Source: the human T2T-CHM13v2.0 reference genome, Homo sapiens
Assembly: GCF_009914755.1 (NCBI RefSeq)
Contig: NC_060930.1
DNA length: 64,000 nt
Reading direction: 5' to 3' (one strand)
In this document: piece by piece, positions 25,713 through 39,092 of the stretch
Position numbering within the stretch: the stretch's first letter is position 1
Layout of the letters: every line of letters starts with the position of its first letter
The notes under the pieces: generated by a model
Database searches by the model: none
Seen by the model: only the letters and a program-made list of their open reading frames with translations
What the model was told of the DNA's origin: nothing
Program-made: the position numbers and the translations under genes

Positions 25713-28659
25713 TGCCCCATATTCATGGCTTCATAAATTAATTCAGTTCTCCAAACCAAGTAATTATTAGCAGTGGTCAGTACTCTGAGCAAACACTTTG
25801 TATGGCCCTAGAGAGAATCTCATGCAAGAGAGGGTCTGCTTCTTGAACTAAAAGGGATGCATCTTCAGAGTCTAGAGTGGAATGAATCCCATTTCCCTTG
25901 GTACTTACTCTGGAGAAGACTGATCTCTCTTGCCACCCTCCTGCTGGCACAGGGACCCCCCCAATACTCTGGTTTATAGCCACAGCCTTGCTCCTAACAC
26001 ATTGTGTAACTTCAGGCCTCAGTTCCTTCATCTGTGAAATGGGTGTGGATTCCTCTCCAGCTCTAATGCTCAAGATCCTGTAGCCTCCCTGTAGAGGGAG
26101 ACATTAGTACACTCAGGGACTCTGTTCATCAAAGATTTTCCATGTTATCAAATCTCCCCTTCCCTGTCTCTCATGCAAAAATTCTGATTAGACTGGGGGT
26201 GGGAGGGTGGACTATGAATCTGCCTCTTCCTTCTCACTTCTTCTACACTTAGACTCCTCTCTTCCCAGCTGTCCCCAACTCGTTTTTTTAATTCCTCAGC
26301 TCTGAAGAGGAATTTGCATATTAATTTGAAAATGAGATCAGTTATTAGCCATAACCTGTCATGTATCATCCAATGCATCTGGACCTGGATTAGATTCAAT
26401 ATTGCCACAGAATAAAGACAGGGGGGAAAGAAGTAAATAATTTAAAGTCATTATTCTACTAATCCTCCTGCTTGGCTGGGCTCCCTAGAGGTGTGTTAGG
26501 AGGTAATTGAAAACACAGAGATTTGCTGAGAAGACATTTGAGAGGAACATTGCCAGCCATGGAAAGTATGGGGCTTGATGTTTTTTCCCTCTCATCTACC
26601 CACAAGGAAGGAAAGAGAGTGGTAAGGCTGTGACTCCAAGAAAACAGGGGTGGGAGGTAGTACTATAGGACCCAGGCCACGACGGGGCCAGTAGGAAGTG
26701 CAGGGACTCAGGTGCCACGTCTCCTCCCTACAGGGTGCTGCAAAGAGAGGAGATGAAAGGGAGATGGAGAAAGGATGTCATGAGCCCCTCTCCTGAAAAC
26801 CCTTTATATGTGGGTTACTCTTCCCCACCCTGCCCCTTTCTGAGGTCTTTTCACCTGATACCAAAGAAAATGCTAAAGTCATAATTTGCAAACAGGCAGC
26901 CTGGACTTATGTTTTATTTGACTTGATCATAAAATGTCTTTTTTAAAAGATAAATGCCAAAAATGCAGACAACTGGAAATCTCACGTAGAAACCCAGTTT
27001 TGCTTCCTTTTGACCAAGGGAAGTGCTGGCAGGACTGTGGCCATAGTTTCCTAAGACCCCCTTGGGCTGGAGCTGAGCTAAGCTGCCCACTCAGGTAGAG
27101 CTTGAGGGTTCCTGGAGACCCACCAAGCTGGCTTCACTCCTTTGTGTTACCTGCCTCAACCCCCTGTGCATTTGCACTTGCAATCCCCTGTTTTGTGGGT
27201 AAAGGTGCTCGCATTGCAGCTCCCAGGAAATGGATCTACTGCAATGTGGATAATCAGAGAATCCAGGTTCAGGGCAGGGGAAGGGAGCCAATGTTTTCTT
27301 TTTCTTTTTTTTTCTTCTGTTTCAATAACTTTGATAGGGAGCCAATGTTTTCTAAACATAGACTCAGCTAGGCACTGTGTTAGGCATGGAGGCTATGAAG
27401 AGGTGAAGGATGTATGCTTTGTGTGGGGAGTCTTGGAGGGGAGATGGGCGGTGTCTATACACAGAAAACTAAGGAAGCTGTAAAAAAGAACTTCCTAATG
27501 GAGGGCTTCAAAGAGAGATTGTGCTGTGTCAAGAGGCAATGGGTTTCCCCTGCACTGGTGATGTTCAATAGAGAGCAGTTGGTCTTGTGGTGGAGATGAC
27601 CACACGTAGACCCATTTTGGTAAGATATCACCCCTGACTCTGCATTGTAGGAGCAGAAGTGAGCCACAGAGACCAGGGTGGGCAGAAAATACAGCAGCCC
27701 AGGTTCTAGAGCAGGCTCTGCCAGCAATTTGCTAGGCAAATTACCCTTGGGCAAATGGCCAAATGTTTCTGAATGCCAGCTTCCCCAACCGTAAAGTGAA
27801 ACCCATGATGCTTCCTGCTCTCCCTCTTTCCAGAAGAGAGTATGTTGAAAGAGAGCAGATGCCTCAGCTGCAGGGAACTCAGAGGAACAGTAAGGTACAT
27901 CCAGGGCTGCTGAGGAGGAGGCACAATGTCCCATCCCTTCCAAGTGTAAACTCTTGTGAGCTCTCTCAGCCTCTCTACCTCAGAGTGTGGAACACCTGGC
28001 ACCAGCTGCAAGGGACCCCATCTCCTATGAGAAACCAAACGCTTTGTTGTTAGTACCATTTATCGCTGCCATGGGGATTAGCTGCTGCTTAATGAATTTC
28101 TTAAGGAAGAAAGCTGTGCATGTTCCTGCACAGCTAGAGGAGTGGAGGCAAACTTGCCCTCCCCACTTCTCTCCTCTCACCTGTGGGTCCACACTATTAT
28201 TATTTATAAGTTCTCTTTTAAGGCTGGCATCCTGAACAAGTCACTTGCCCCCTCTGGGCCTCATTGTCTTCATCGGTAAGAAGGGGAGTTAGACCACCGT
28301 TCACAAGCAAATTATTTTCTCTCTGCTTCTTCTCTGAATCTCCTTGCCCCCCAAAAAATCTCAAAGCGAAAAAACTGTACTCTGGATGATCATCAGTTAA
28401 ACACTCTAATTACACAGGAATTGTTTCATTAGTTGTTTCCACCCGATCAAGCCTTGGCTATATGAAGGGGAGTAGAAAGTCCCTCAATTGTTACCTAAGT
28501 GACTAAAGGAAATGAAGCTAAGTAAATCCCCAGCCCACAGCTCATCACTGTGATGCTGGCAGGCTTGTTAGCAAGCTTGGAAAATGACCTGTGGTTGACA
28601 AGATCTCTCTTGGGTTGAGAATGAATCTTGCATTTGAGTTCTGTCCCCACAGGTCAGAT

Positions 28660-28858
28660 CAAATGAATCACTGCTTATGGAGTCTCCTGTGGCACTTTCT
28701 GCATCACTGACATCATCACCTTCTCACTGACATCAGGCCTCGTTTGTTTATGAGCTGTCTTCCCCACCTGGAAAGTGAGCACCATCCTATTGGTCTCTCT
28801 GATGTCTGCCCCAGCACAGGCCCTAGGAGAAAGACTTGTGAATAAATGAATGAATGAT
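28660..28858 (+). mobile_element. L2 3' end
   Basis: gcacaggcccta...gtgaataaatgaatgaatga tail. Confidence 0.6.
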
Positions 28859-29066
28859 ATGTGGAATCCTAGAACCACTCATTCATTGAGGACTAGGGCT
28901 GGGAGGTTCTGCCTAGTTTATCTTCAGTACTTCCACGCTGAGCAGTCCCTGCTGGGGGTCTCTACAACACCAGATGTCCAGTGCCTTCAGGTTAAGCCTT
29001 GGTTGCTCCCTTTGCCATTCTCCTCACCCCTGGACCTGCCATTCTGCGATAAAAAACCTTGATGAT

Positions 29067-29278
29067 CAGGGTCAAAACTAGGTTGAGGTGAGTGAAATAC
29101 TTATTGGGGTACAACACTTAAGGGGGCACAAAAAAACTCAGTAATAGTTTAATGTAACATTTCTAAAAAATCAAAATTAATGCAAAAACTTCAAGCTAAA
29201 CAGAACATTTTAATTTTAAATAAAGTCAGGATTTGCACTTCCATAAGTGCTACACTAGCTTCACCTTGAAAGGGCCTT
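29067..29278 (+). mobile_element. hAT (Tip100-like) DNA transposon fragment
   Basis: cagggtcaaaactaggttgagg...ttaagggggcacaaaaaaactcagtaat...aaaatcaaaattaatgcaaaaa. Confidence 0.55.
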
Positions 29279-29737
29279 CTGGAGACAATGCCTCAAAAGT
29301 AGCTCAGACTCTAACTCTGGTAGTAACATTGCCATCTATTTGCTATGAGGCTGAACCCTTGGTTTCCTGTGAAAGCTTGGCCTGGGCTGTCCGTTTTCAA
29401 ATGAAAGGGGGATTCCTATTTGTGGCTTCTGTCCCCACCTGCACCAGCCAAGTTAGAATTTTAAGTCCCAGACTAGGCGGTCTTGGAAGACATCCGACAG
29501 CTGGTCTGAAAGACAAGCATTTTAAAGAGAGCCAATCATGGTCAGGCTGGCCTTGTGGTGGTTCACAGTGTATTGACATGGCAGCCACAAACTCTGTCTC
29601 TTGGAGTCAGGCTCTGCCAGAAATCTTCTGCTGCCCCCTGTGCTATGGGGTGGTGTTTGCTTTGCTTGGCAGAATCCTGGGATACTGGTGCCAAGAAGGA
29701 CCTTACAGATCCTCCTGGCCTCATGGTACCCATAAAG

Positions 29738-29952
29738 CAGTGGTTCTCAACATGGGACAGTCCTCCCTGACCTTGGAAACTTATCAATGTCTGGAGACAT
29801 TTTTCATGGTCACAAATAAACACAGGGTTCTACCAACATCTAGAGAAGAGAGGCCAGGGTTGCTGCTAACCATTCAAAATTCACAGGACAGTGCCCACCA
29901 CAAATACTTATTCAGTCATAAATGTTCATTGTGCCTAGGCTAAAAGACCCTG
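29738..29952 (+). mobile_element. MER20
   Basis: cagtggttctcaac...aatgtctggagacattttt...cacaggacagtgccc...gaccctg. Confidence 0.9.
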
Positions 29953-30704
29953 AGGCAGAGAAACAGGGAGAAATAGGTTCAAATCCACATGGCTGGTCTG
30001 GTGATTCCTCACTGAAAGACAACCACTTCTCAATTAAGTTCCCTGAATCCTGAAAATCTTGTGGTTTCTCTGTCCACAGATAAGACCCACCCCAACTCAA
30101 GCATTTATGAAAGAGGATATCATAATTTCCTAGGTCCCTATCACTTTCCTATAACTTGCTCCCCTGATTTTGAGGAAGTTCTTCCTGAAGCCTAGCCTTC
30201 CTCTCTCCTGCTGCAGTTCAGGAATGTTTTAGAGATCAGATGTTCCTCTCTTGCTCCACCTACTTCTGACCCTTTGAAATAATGCACCATAATATTGTTG
30301 ACTGGAACTCCCCAATGAAAGAAAAGGTCAGGTATCACGTGAAAATATAAGGGCAGTTATATTTCCCTGAATACCTAGATACTGTGACAAGTGAGCACAA
30401 AGATATCTTTCACTGCACTTCAGGCAGATTGTGTTGGGTTAATTATCATGAACTCAGGGCTCTCAAGCTGGAGCTCAAAGGCTAAAAAAGAAATTCCTCT
30501 TTAGCTAAAAGTAACAAATCTTCAATATAGAGACAGATCCTATTTGAGAAAGAGCTCAATGAAAACCTGTTTCCACAGATTGGATGAAGAGGATTTTCCT
30601 TACAGGAGTCATTCATTCTCTCAACAAACATTTGTTGAGCACTTTCTATGCGCTAGAGCTGTGGTTCTTCAACCTGATGCACATCAGAATCCTCTTTAAG
30701 GCTT

Positions 30705-31328
30705 AGTGTATCTACCCAGCCTCCTAGGAGAGGAGGGGAGCTGGAGATTGAGTTCAGTCACATGGACTATGTTTCAAAGTCCCAAAACTCTGGACACAGA
30801 GGCTCGGGTGAACATCTGGTGGATCTTCCACGAGGGTGATGTGAGGACATGGAAGTTGTACGTTTGGGACCCTCACACACCTCTTCCTATGCATCTCTTC
30901 TTTGGGACAGTTCTTTTGTTGTTGTTGCTACGATGCAAATGATTTTTATTTTAATAGTTTTCAGGGTACAGGTGGTTTTTGATTACATGGATAAGTTCTT
31001 TAGTGGTGATTTCTGAGATTTTAATGCATCGATCACCTGAGCAGTGTACACTGTACTTCTTTTGGCTAGTTTTGAGTTGTAGCTTTTATAATAAAATGAA
31101 TTGTAAATATAGTGCTTTCCCGAGTTATGTGAGTTATTCTACTGAATTATCGAACCTGAAAGAGCTATGGAAATGGCTGACTTTGAAGCTAGTTAGAAGT
31201 GTGAATGGCTGGGGGACCTCGGAGCTTGCAATTAGTGTCTAACGTGAGGGCAATCTTGAAGAAAACTATGCCCTTAACCTGTGGAGTCTGCACTAACTTT
31301 GAGTAGTTAGCACTGGAATTATGTTGCA
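30705..31328 (+). mobile_element. MER21C-like LTR interrupted by an L1PB 3' fragment
   Basis: ggagctggagattgagttca...aaactctggacacagaggctc...cccttaacctgtggagtctgcactaact. Confidence 0.75.
30913..31055 (-). mobile_element. Short L1PB 3' end
   Basis: aatagttttcagggtacaggtggtttttgattacatggataagttctttagtggtgatttctgagatt; imperfect 16-bp TSD. Confidence 0.8.
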
Positions 31329-33159
31329 CCATAACTATATGAGCTGGGTTGGGCCTGAAAAACAGATTAGAGGTAGTTTGAGGAGAACAAGGTTAGAGAG
31401 AAGAGAATAGAAATGACCCACAAGAAGCTGATTAAAACATTATTTCCACTCCTAGCTGTTCTGAGCACTGGTAGAAGGTGGCCTGTTATCTGTACTGTTG
31501 AAGTATTGAGATACTTTCATCCCCATTGGCAAAGAGCTGCTATCTTGAGCCCACTAAGTACGCCACCATGCCTCTCTTACAAGATCTTCTCCACACTGAT
31601 CACCCTAAGATTCAGAAACTAAAGAGTTAGCATTGACACAGCAGAGGCCTTGCAGGTCACAGTCATTCCAACTGGCCAGTGCTATACCCTACATTTTATT
31701 AAATATTTCAGAGTTCAGCCCTGAGTACAGGGGGTTTCTACAGAGGGATCTGTCAGAGCAAACCCACATTTTCTAGTCTTGAACTCAGCAAGGATTTTTC
31801 CAAGAAAGATTATTCTGTATCAGGGTTTTAGGCCCATACCCAGAAAAGACAGAAGAAACTACTCAGAAGTAAAAAAAAATTCAGCCAATTTGGTTATTTG
31901 GTAGCATGTAGATTTAGAAGCAATGCATTCATCAGGTTGAATTCATTTCTTTCCCCTTTCTTTCACCCAAAATAAGAGTTAGGAAGCTTAGATAGTATCT
32001 CGAAAATCTGTGTAAAGAAGCAACTGTAATTGCTCTGTTCTTTTACTTAGATATTTTTGCCAATTCTAAGACACATAAATAAGCTTGTTATTCAGGCACA
32101 GAGGAAAGTGGGATTTATTAATTTAAATGAGTTGATTTGGAGGTCTCTGGGGAAAGATGCCTTGTTCACTCACCCGTCCCAGGGCATAATTTACAGTGAG
32201 CTTTCCCTTCATGTTTTGGACCTAGTTGATGCTAGGGCATAAATTTCTTCAAGTTATTATTATTATAATTCATTATTCATTGAATGTTGACTCAGTGTAA
32301 CACAAGCAGTGGCAGAAAGACACAGCCCTCCCAAGGGGCTGGAAAGCCATGTCCTAGACAATTCTAGAGGGAGATGCAAAGATCTGGGATTGCAGGAGGG
32401 TGATGAGTCTCCCCAGGACTACACCTGGAGCTTTATTGATGTCCACTAAAGTCTTCCCAGAAGAAACAGGCTTTTGTGCAGGGAGAGTAAAAATACAAAC
32501 TTAGTGGTAAATTAGCCACGAACTGGGCTACTTGCTAACCTTAATTCAGACAAAGAATCCAATAGGGGGGAAGGGCCACAGAAGAGGACAGAAACAGAAC
32601 CAAGTCCTTGAGGTTGGAGGGGGAGAAGGGGACATGTTCATTTTGGAAGCATTTTCTCACTTTTCTCTCCAGATGCTGGGTTAAAAAGTAAGAATCTGGG
32701 CAGGTCGGGGGGAGTCAGGCACAGGAATCCATCCCCCCCCAACCACAACCCTCCATCACCTTGGATGACTACTTCCCCTCCTCTGTCTCCCACCCAAGCT
32801 CTTCTCCTGTTAGGAATAGCAGTGTGCCTCTTCATTCTTCAGCCATGCCAAACAATTGTGCTGCTTGGAGGCACAGGCCTGACTGACAGAGCATTTTAGA
32901 CCTAGCAACAGAAAGCAATTAAGTGCCATTTGGTGCTGCCTATAAGTGCAATGGGAATTAGAGAGGAGACAAAAAATGATTTCAGGATGTCAAGATGGGG
33001 TGACTGGTGACAATACAGTGACATGCTCCCCTCCCTCCCTTTCTCCCTCAAACATTTATTGAGCATCAGTTGTATGCCAGATTCTGTGCTATGTGGGTGG
33101 GGGTTTTTGGGTAGAGGGCAGGCATACGCAAATCAAGAAGAGATTTGGGAATGTATAGA

Positions 33160-33305
33160 AGTCATGTAACCTCACTAAGCCTCAGCTGCCCCATCTGTAA
33201 AAGTAGGGTACCCCACTCCCTCACAGGATGGCTGTGATGGAAATGCACATAGTGGTTAGCAGAATACCAGTTGCAGAATATGCAGTCAATAGAGATTAGC
33301 TCTGT
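33160..33305 (+). mobile_element. MIR
   Basis: aagtcatgtaacctcactaagcctcagctgccccatctgtaaa. Confidence 0.7.
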
Positions 33306-33389
33306 AGTTATCTCTGTTGTCAAAAATAAGTGTTACTTATATACTCCAATGTACTGAAAGCCATGCTCCTACCAAGCAACTGCTTTTTA

Positions 33390-33735
33390 TGTTAAATTTT
33401 TGATGAAATACATATATATATTTACCTATATATGCCTATGCATATATGCACACCGTAAATGTAAAGCCTGATGAATTTCCGTCAACTAAATATGCCCATG
33501 TCATCCACACCCAGACCAAGAAAGAGAACATTACTGACACCCCCAAGAGCCTGCCCTGCTCTCTTCCCAGTCTTTCCACTGCTGCAAGGATGACAATTAC
33601 CTTGACTTCTAACAGCATAGATTAGTGCTGCCCATGTTTCTACTTTATATAAATGGAATCACACAGCATGTACTCTTTTGTTTCTGCCTTCTTTCATTCA
33701 ACCTCCTGTTTGTGAGGCTCATCCATTTTGCAACT
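33390..33735 (-). mobile_element. L1ME/L1MD 3' end
   Basis: cacccagaccaagaaagagaacatt...gacttctaacagcatagattag...ataaatggaatcacacagcatgtactcttttg. Confidence 0.8.
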
Positions 33736-34094
33736 GACGTACATTTGTCAGTGAATTTTGCAACTGATCATATTTTTATGACACTCAGAGCCAAAATAAT
33801 GGCCACCTCCAGAAATTCCACACGACCCCACGAGAGGCATTCTGTACCTTGTCCTCACTTTCCCACCACCCAAATTTTCTCATGGACTTTTTTCTGTTTA
33901 TATTGATGGAATATAAGGATGTTTATAACTTACTTCATATCCTGTTTAAAATGATGTATAGGGGAAATTATAATAATGAATAAATGTTATTTCCCCTTCC
34001 CTAGTCAGAGCTCTACTCACTGTACAACTCTACTTCGGGGAGATGATAAGATGAGTGCAGATGTCCTGAAGATGGGGATGAAGATGAAGAAGGC

Positions 34095-34345
34095 GGTCAT
34101 AGCTCGCATCCATGGAGCACTTGCTTACTATGTGCCTGGCTTTCTTCTAGCTCCTGACATATAGAGATTCGTGACATCTTCATCACAACATATTTTTATC
34201 CCCATTTTCAATTAAAGAAACCAAAGCACAGAAAGGCTAAATATCTTGCTGGAGGGGACCCAGCTGGAATGTGGTGAAGCTTGGATTAGAGCCCAGCCTG
34301 AGAAATTCGGTTCTAGAACTCCATCACAGCCAGCACCCAGTATTG
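34095..34345 (-). mobile_element. MIR
   Basis: ttactatgtgcctggc...atccccattttc...gaaaccaaagcacaga. Confidence 0.7.
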
Positions 34346-35403
34346 TCACTGCATTGCATGGAGGATGGCCTCTGAGCCACTGCATTGTCATTTCTTTCAA
34401 GTCAGCGCTCCTGGCTTGCTTTTTGAATCCTCTTCATAAGTTACCAAAGTCCCAATGTCAAGCCTAATCTCAGCCTCCCTGTGTGTGTGCGTGTGTGTGG
34501 ACACATGTGTGTGCATAAGTGCATGTGGCTGGAATGTGAGTGAAGCCCCTGATTATTATGTAAATGAGGACAGGGCCGAAGGCTCCAGCAGAGCAGTCTT
34601 CAGGTCCATTGCCTTCTCCAAGGCTGAGCACCAGGCGTAATTATCAGTGTCTTTTAGCAGAGCCACAGGTAGCTGTCAGTGGCATCAACAGCTTTTAAAC
34701 GCAGTGGGAGGATCCATACAAATCAGGCTGACCTGCTAATAGAGGAAGAACCCCATCTGCATGGGAGGATAGCTACAGCTGTTATCCAAGGAAGACACAC
34801 CTAGGGCCAGCCAGACAAGAAGTCACCACTTACTGATTCAGCCCAGGCTCCTCACACACATTATGTCCACACTTACAGCCATCCCTGAGGCTGGAGTTAC
34901 CATCCTATTTTTCAGATGAGGAAACTGAGGCTTCAGTAAGATGTGGCCCATTAATACAAGCCTGAACACTCTGGCTTGATTTGTTAGAACAAAGGGAAAC
35001 CCAGTGTTTGTTAAAGAAAGAAAGTGACATTCTGCCATGAATTCAGCCTAGGATTGTAGATAGGATAGTAAGGGCCAGGGTCCCTGGAACAGGGCCTGGG
35101 GGGAATATGAGTTCAGCCTAAGGAACCATGGCTGCAGGCACACAGGAAGCTGCCTGCCTTCCCTCCCAGCCAGAACAGGCCCCTGGCTTTCAGGAGCTGC
35201 CACAGTACATGGGAATTACATGGAAAATGCATACCTACCTCAGGCTTCTGAGATAAGCAACTCCCTCTCTGATTCCTTTCTTGGGCTTTAATCCTGCTTA
35301 CTGCTTAAACTCTTAGTGAATTCTGTTGGCAATGGCCTGTGCTTTCTCCAGAAGCAATAAACACCTTGCAATTTATAAATCATTCCATCAATAATTGTCT
35401 GCA

Positions 35404-35712
<309 letters not shown>

Positions 35713-36099
35713 ATAGAAACTTGTCAAAGTCCTTAGCCCAGTGCTAAAGGGGCTGCCTGTCCTTGGTGAATAACTCCCGTCGTGACACCTAGAACACGGG
35801 ATTAATGCTGTCCCTACTGAATACCCCCATTTGCCACCATTCCTCAATGATTATCTCTAATCCTCAGGATAAACCTACATAGCCAACATTATTCTCTATC
35901 TTCTTACATGTGTGGATGTGAAGGCTCAGATGGGTTAAGTAGTCTGTCTAAGGTCATGCAGCTGGCAAGTGGCAGAGCCAGAGTTCAAGCTTTGTTCTGG
36001 CTGACTCTAAGTCCATACTGGCTCCAAATGCCACCAAGGTCTTTTACTGGACAATGGCTTTCAAGCGTTTTTGACTGCAATGCATGGTAAAAGATATAC

Positions 36100-36937
36100 T
36101 GTGCATTTCCCTGTGCCAGAACTTGTCTCTTTGCCTGTTAGGACATACTGCCTTCTGTCCCAGGAGCTGTAAGACACTGCACCTGTGGCTGTCTTACCTT
36201 CCAGCTTCTGGGGAGGGTCTAGTAAAGGTGAGCTCCAGCAGGAGATGAAAAGAAAGGAGGAGAGAGGCCGGGGTATTCATTCCCCTCACTTGCTTCTTAC
36301 TCATTTGAGGTAGGAGGCTATACCTCAACACAGCCACTGTTTCTCCCAAGGTGATTGATATGGTTTGGCTGTGTACCCACCCAAATCTCATCTTGAGCTG
36401 TAGCTCCTATAATTCCCATATGTTGTGGGTGTGTCCCAGTCGGAGATAATTGAATCATGGGGGTGGTGTCCCCCATACTGTTCTCGTGGTAGTGACTAAG
36501 TCTCATGAGATCTGATGGTTTGATAAGGGGAAGCCCCTTTCACTTGGTTCTCATTCTCCCTCTTGCCTGCCACCATGTAAGATGTGCCTTTCATCTTGTG
36601 CCATGATTGTGAGCCCTCCCCAGCCATGTGGAACTGTAAGTCCATTAAACCTCTTTTTCTTTATACGTTACTCAGTCTTGGGTTTGTCTTTATCAGCAGC
36701 GTGAAAATGAACTAATACAGTGGCCTTTTCCATAAGACTCCCTTGTTGGGTCTGGAAAGTACTCCCTCCCCAAGATCCTTCTGCCCTGGGGGGTGCTAAC
36801 AGCCCCACTGCTGCTAGTCTTCGGGTCTTGCATGGTGGTTTCCCTATTTCTCTCCTTTGTAAATATTCTTTCTATAAACCCTGCTCAACTTATCCTAATT
36901 TAAGTGTGTCTTCTCTTTCCTCTTGGAACCCTGACTA
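36100..36937 (+). mobile_element. LTR33-like LTR split by THE1C
   Basis: gagaggccggggtattcattcccc...ctttgtaaatattctttctataaac...ggaaccctgacta. Confidence 0.6.
36356..36719 (+). mobile_element. THE1 solo LTR (THE1C-like MaLR)
   Basis: tgatatggtttggctgtgt...gataattgaatcatgggg...aactaataca. Confidence 0.92.
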
Positions 36938-38145
36938 GTGCACTGGTAAACAATGACCCAGTACACACACACGCCTGAAGCTAAAGTTTCCAAAAAACTT
37001 TCTAGTCTTTCATGCCCTATCTTGCCCCACCAAACAATTAAAATTTATTCATGACCTTCATTTTGAAAAAAAAAAAATTTTAGACAACACCCATGGAAGC
37101 TGCCATGGTGATCATGCAGGCCACTCCTGTCTTTTTGGAAGAAGCAACTGAGTTTAAAAAAAGAAGTAATTGCTCAGAACCATTTGCTCTAAATAGATTG
37201 GTTCTGGACTAGAACCCAGATTGTGACTATTGATCCTGCTTTGAAGGGTTGAGGTTGAAAGACATACTGCCCTTTCTCTCGGGACACGTGACTCTCTCAG
37301 GTCTTTCACTGGAACAAAAAGAATTGGTAGGAAGACTGAACTTACTAATCAGCTTTTCCCTCTTGTCCTGGTCTTTTCCAAGAGCTACCACTTACTCTTC
37401 CACTCATGAATGGTGCTGGCAGGGTTTATAGAAGCCTTGCTTCTTGGAGCTGGAAGGGGCCTTAGCAGTCAATCAGTCCAAACCTCTCATTTTACAGGTG
37501 AGGAAGCATGCCTCTAGAAATACTCTACACCACTAAATCAACATGGGCCTGATTCACAGCCTTGGCTATGGCTGAAAATTACAGAGTGAAACGTCCAAAC
37601 ACTCCCACAGCAAAAGGCAAATCCATGGAGGACTGGGCTGCAGCATCTGCAGTCAGGGTCCACCTGAAAGCCAGAATGTGCCCACCATAGCCCCCTGCCA
37701 GCCTAGAAAGGAAATGAAATCATGGGCAATTCACAGTGGACAGAAGGAAAGCCTGGAGGTCTCATGTTAATCATAAGAGGCTGGTCCCCTACCTGAGCAT
37801 CAGTATTGCTGATTGGGGCCAGGAAGGTAGAGGGTAGGAGCACATGAGGAGAAAGGCCCCAAGTGGGGTGATGACATCGCGTTTTCAATGGCTAAAGCTC
37901 TTTTCCCAGCCTCTGTGGCCTTGGCCTCCAAAATGGGGAACATACTCCCTGAAAGTTAAAAGCAGAGTTTTGGAGGCAGGAAGAAAATAATTTCCATTCA
38001 TATTTATTTTTCTTTATTGAAATGTTTTACTTCCAGTACTTAATATCCTAGCTCTCAGTATTACATGTATAAAATGTATAAATTAATGTACTTATTTTGG
38101 GAGTATACAAATCCAGATAAATTCTAGGTCACTGTTCTAGGGAAT

Positions 38146-38305
38146 CAGGGACTCTCAAAGTATGGTCTGCATCAGAATCACCTGGGAACTTGATTCAGGG
38201 CCCCCACCAAACCTGCTGGAGCAGATTCCCTGGGGGCTGGGACAGGAATCTGCATATTAGACAAGTTCCCCAGGTAAGTCTATGCCCACTAATCTTGGAC
38301 AATGG
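38146..38305. mobile_element. MER5A
   Basis: ctctcaaagtatggtctgcatcagaatcacctgggaactt...ggaatctgcatatt. Confidence 0.8.
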
Positions 38306-39013
38306 TCACTCTGGGCCTTGCCTCTGCAGCTGTGGGAGGAACCCATCCAGCCCACAGTAGTCCCCTCTGGATGCCCATCCCCAGAGAACACCAGGTCCTG
38401 CCTGTCCTGCCATCCACTCATTGTACACAAAGCTACCTGGCCAAGGGGGTGAATGCGGCTGACATCCTCCAGGTTGTGTGCCTGGCATGGAAGCTGCATC
38501 TGTCCCATGAAAAGGGCCACTTTGTTCTAATTTACACAGAGCTGCTGTATGGGCTGGAAACAGCTATGAACTGCTGTGGATTTGTCTGCTGGGAAAGCCT
38601 GACCATTCACTAGGACCAAACTGGGATCACCAGAGAGAGGGCAGAACTTTTGAGGCCAGGGGGGAAAATATGACTGAGATGGTGGAGGAAGGCTAGGGTG
38701 TAGGAAGAACTTCCTAATATCAGGGTAGTAGGACAGATGGATTGAAGAGCAAAGTCACAGAGGACCCACTTGAGGAAAAGGAGGAGAAAGACAGGGGAAG
38801 GAGAAGTCAGGATAGAAAAATGAGCAGGTGAGAGAGAATAAGACAAGCAGAGACAGAAAGAATAGAGAAAGAAGCATATTACTGAGAGATGGGGCTCAGT
38901 GAGGAGTAGGCCGTGTAGCCTGCCTGTACTATCAGAAAAGTCGGGGCAGGAGTGAATGGGAAACATATGGCTAACTTTAGGGAAAAAAAATCATGCCCCT
39001 TCCCCCTGCTCTA

Positions 39014-39092
39014 TTAGGTTGGTGCAAACATAATTGCGGTTTTGCCATTACTTTCAATGTCAAAAACCACAATTACGTTTGCACCAACCTAA
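39014..39092. mobile_element. MADE1 (Hsmar1-derived MITE, palindromic)
   Basis: ttaggttggtgcaaa...tttgcaccaacctaa with TA TSD. Confidence 0.95.

Noticed and set aside
29233-29943. Longest ORF in the track (236 aa)
   Set aside because: It starts at a non-ATG codon within a DNA transposon fragment, ends in MER20, and has no recognisable domain.
33725-33767. 13-bp direct repeat attttgcaactga at an L1M boundary
   Set aside because: The 17-bp spacer is too short to identify as an insertion; probably a local duplication.
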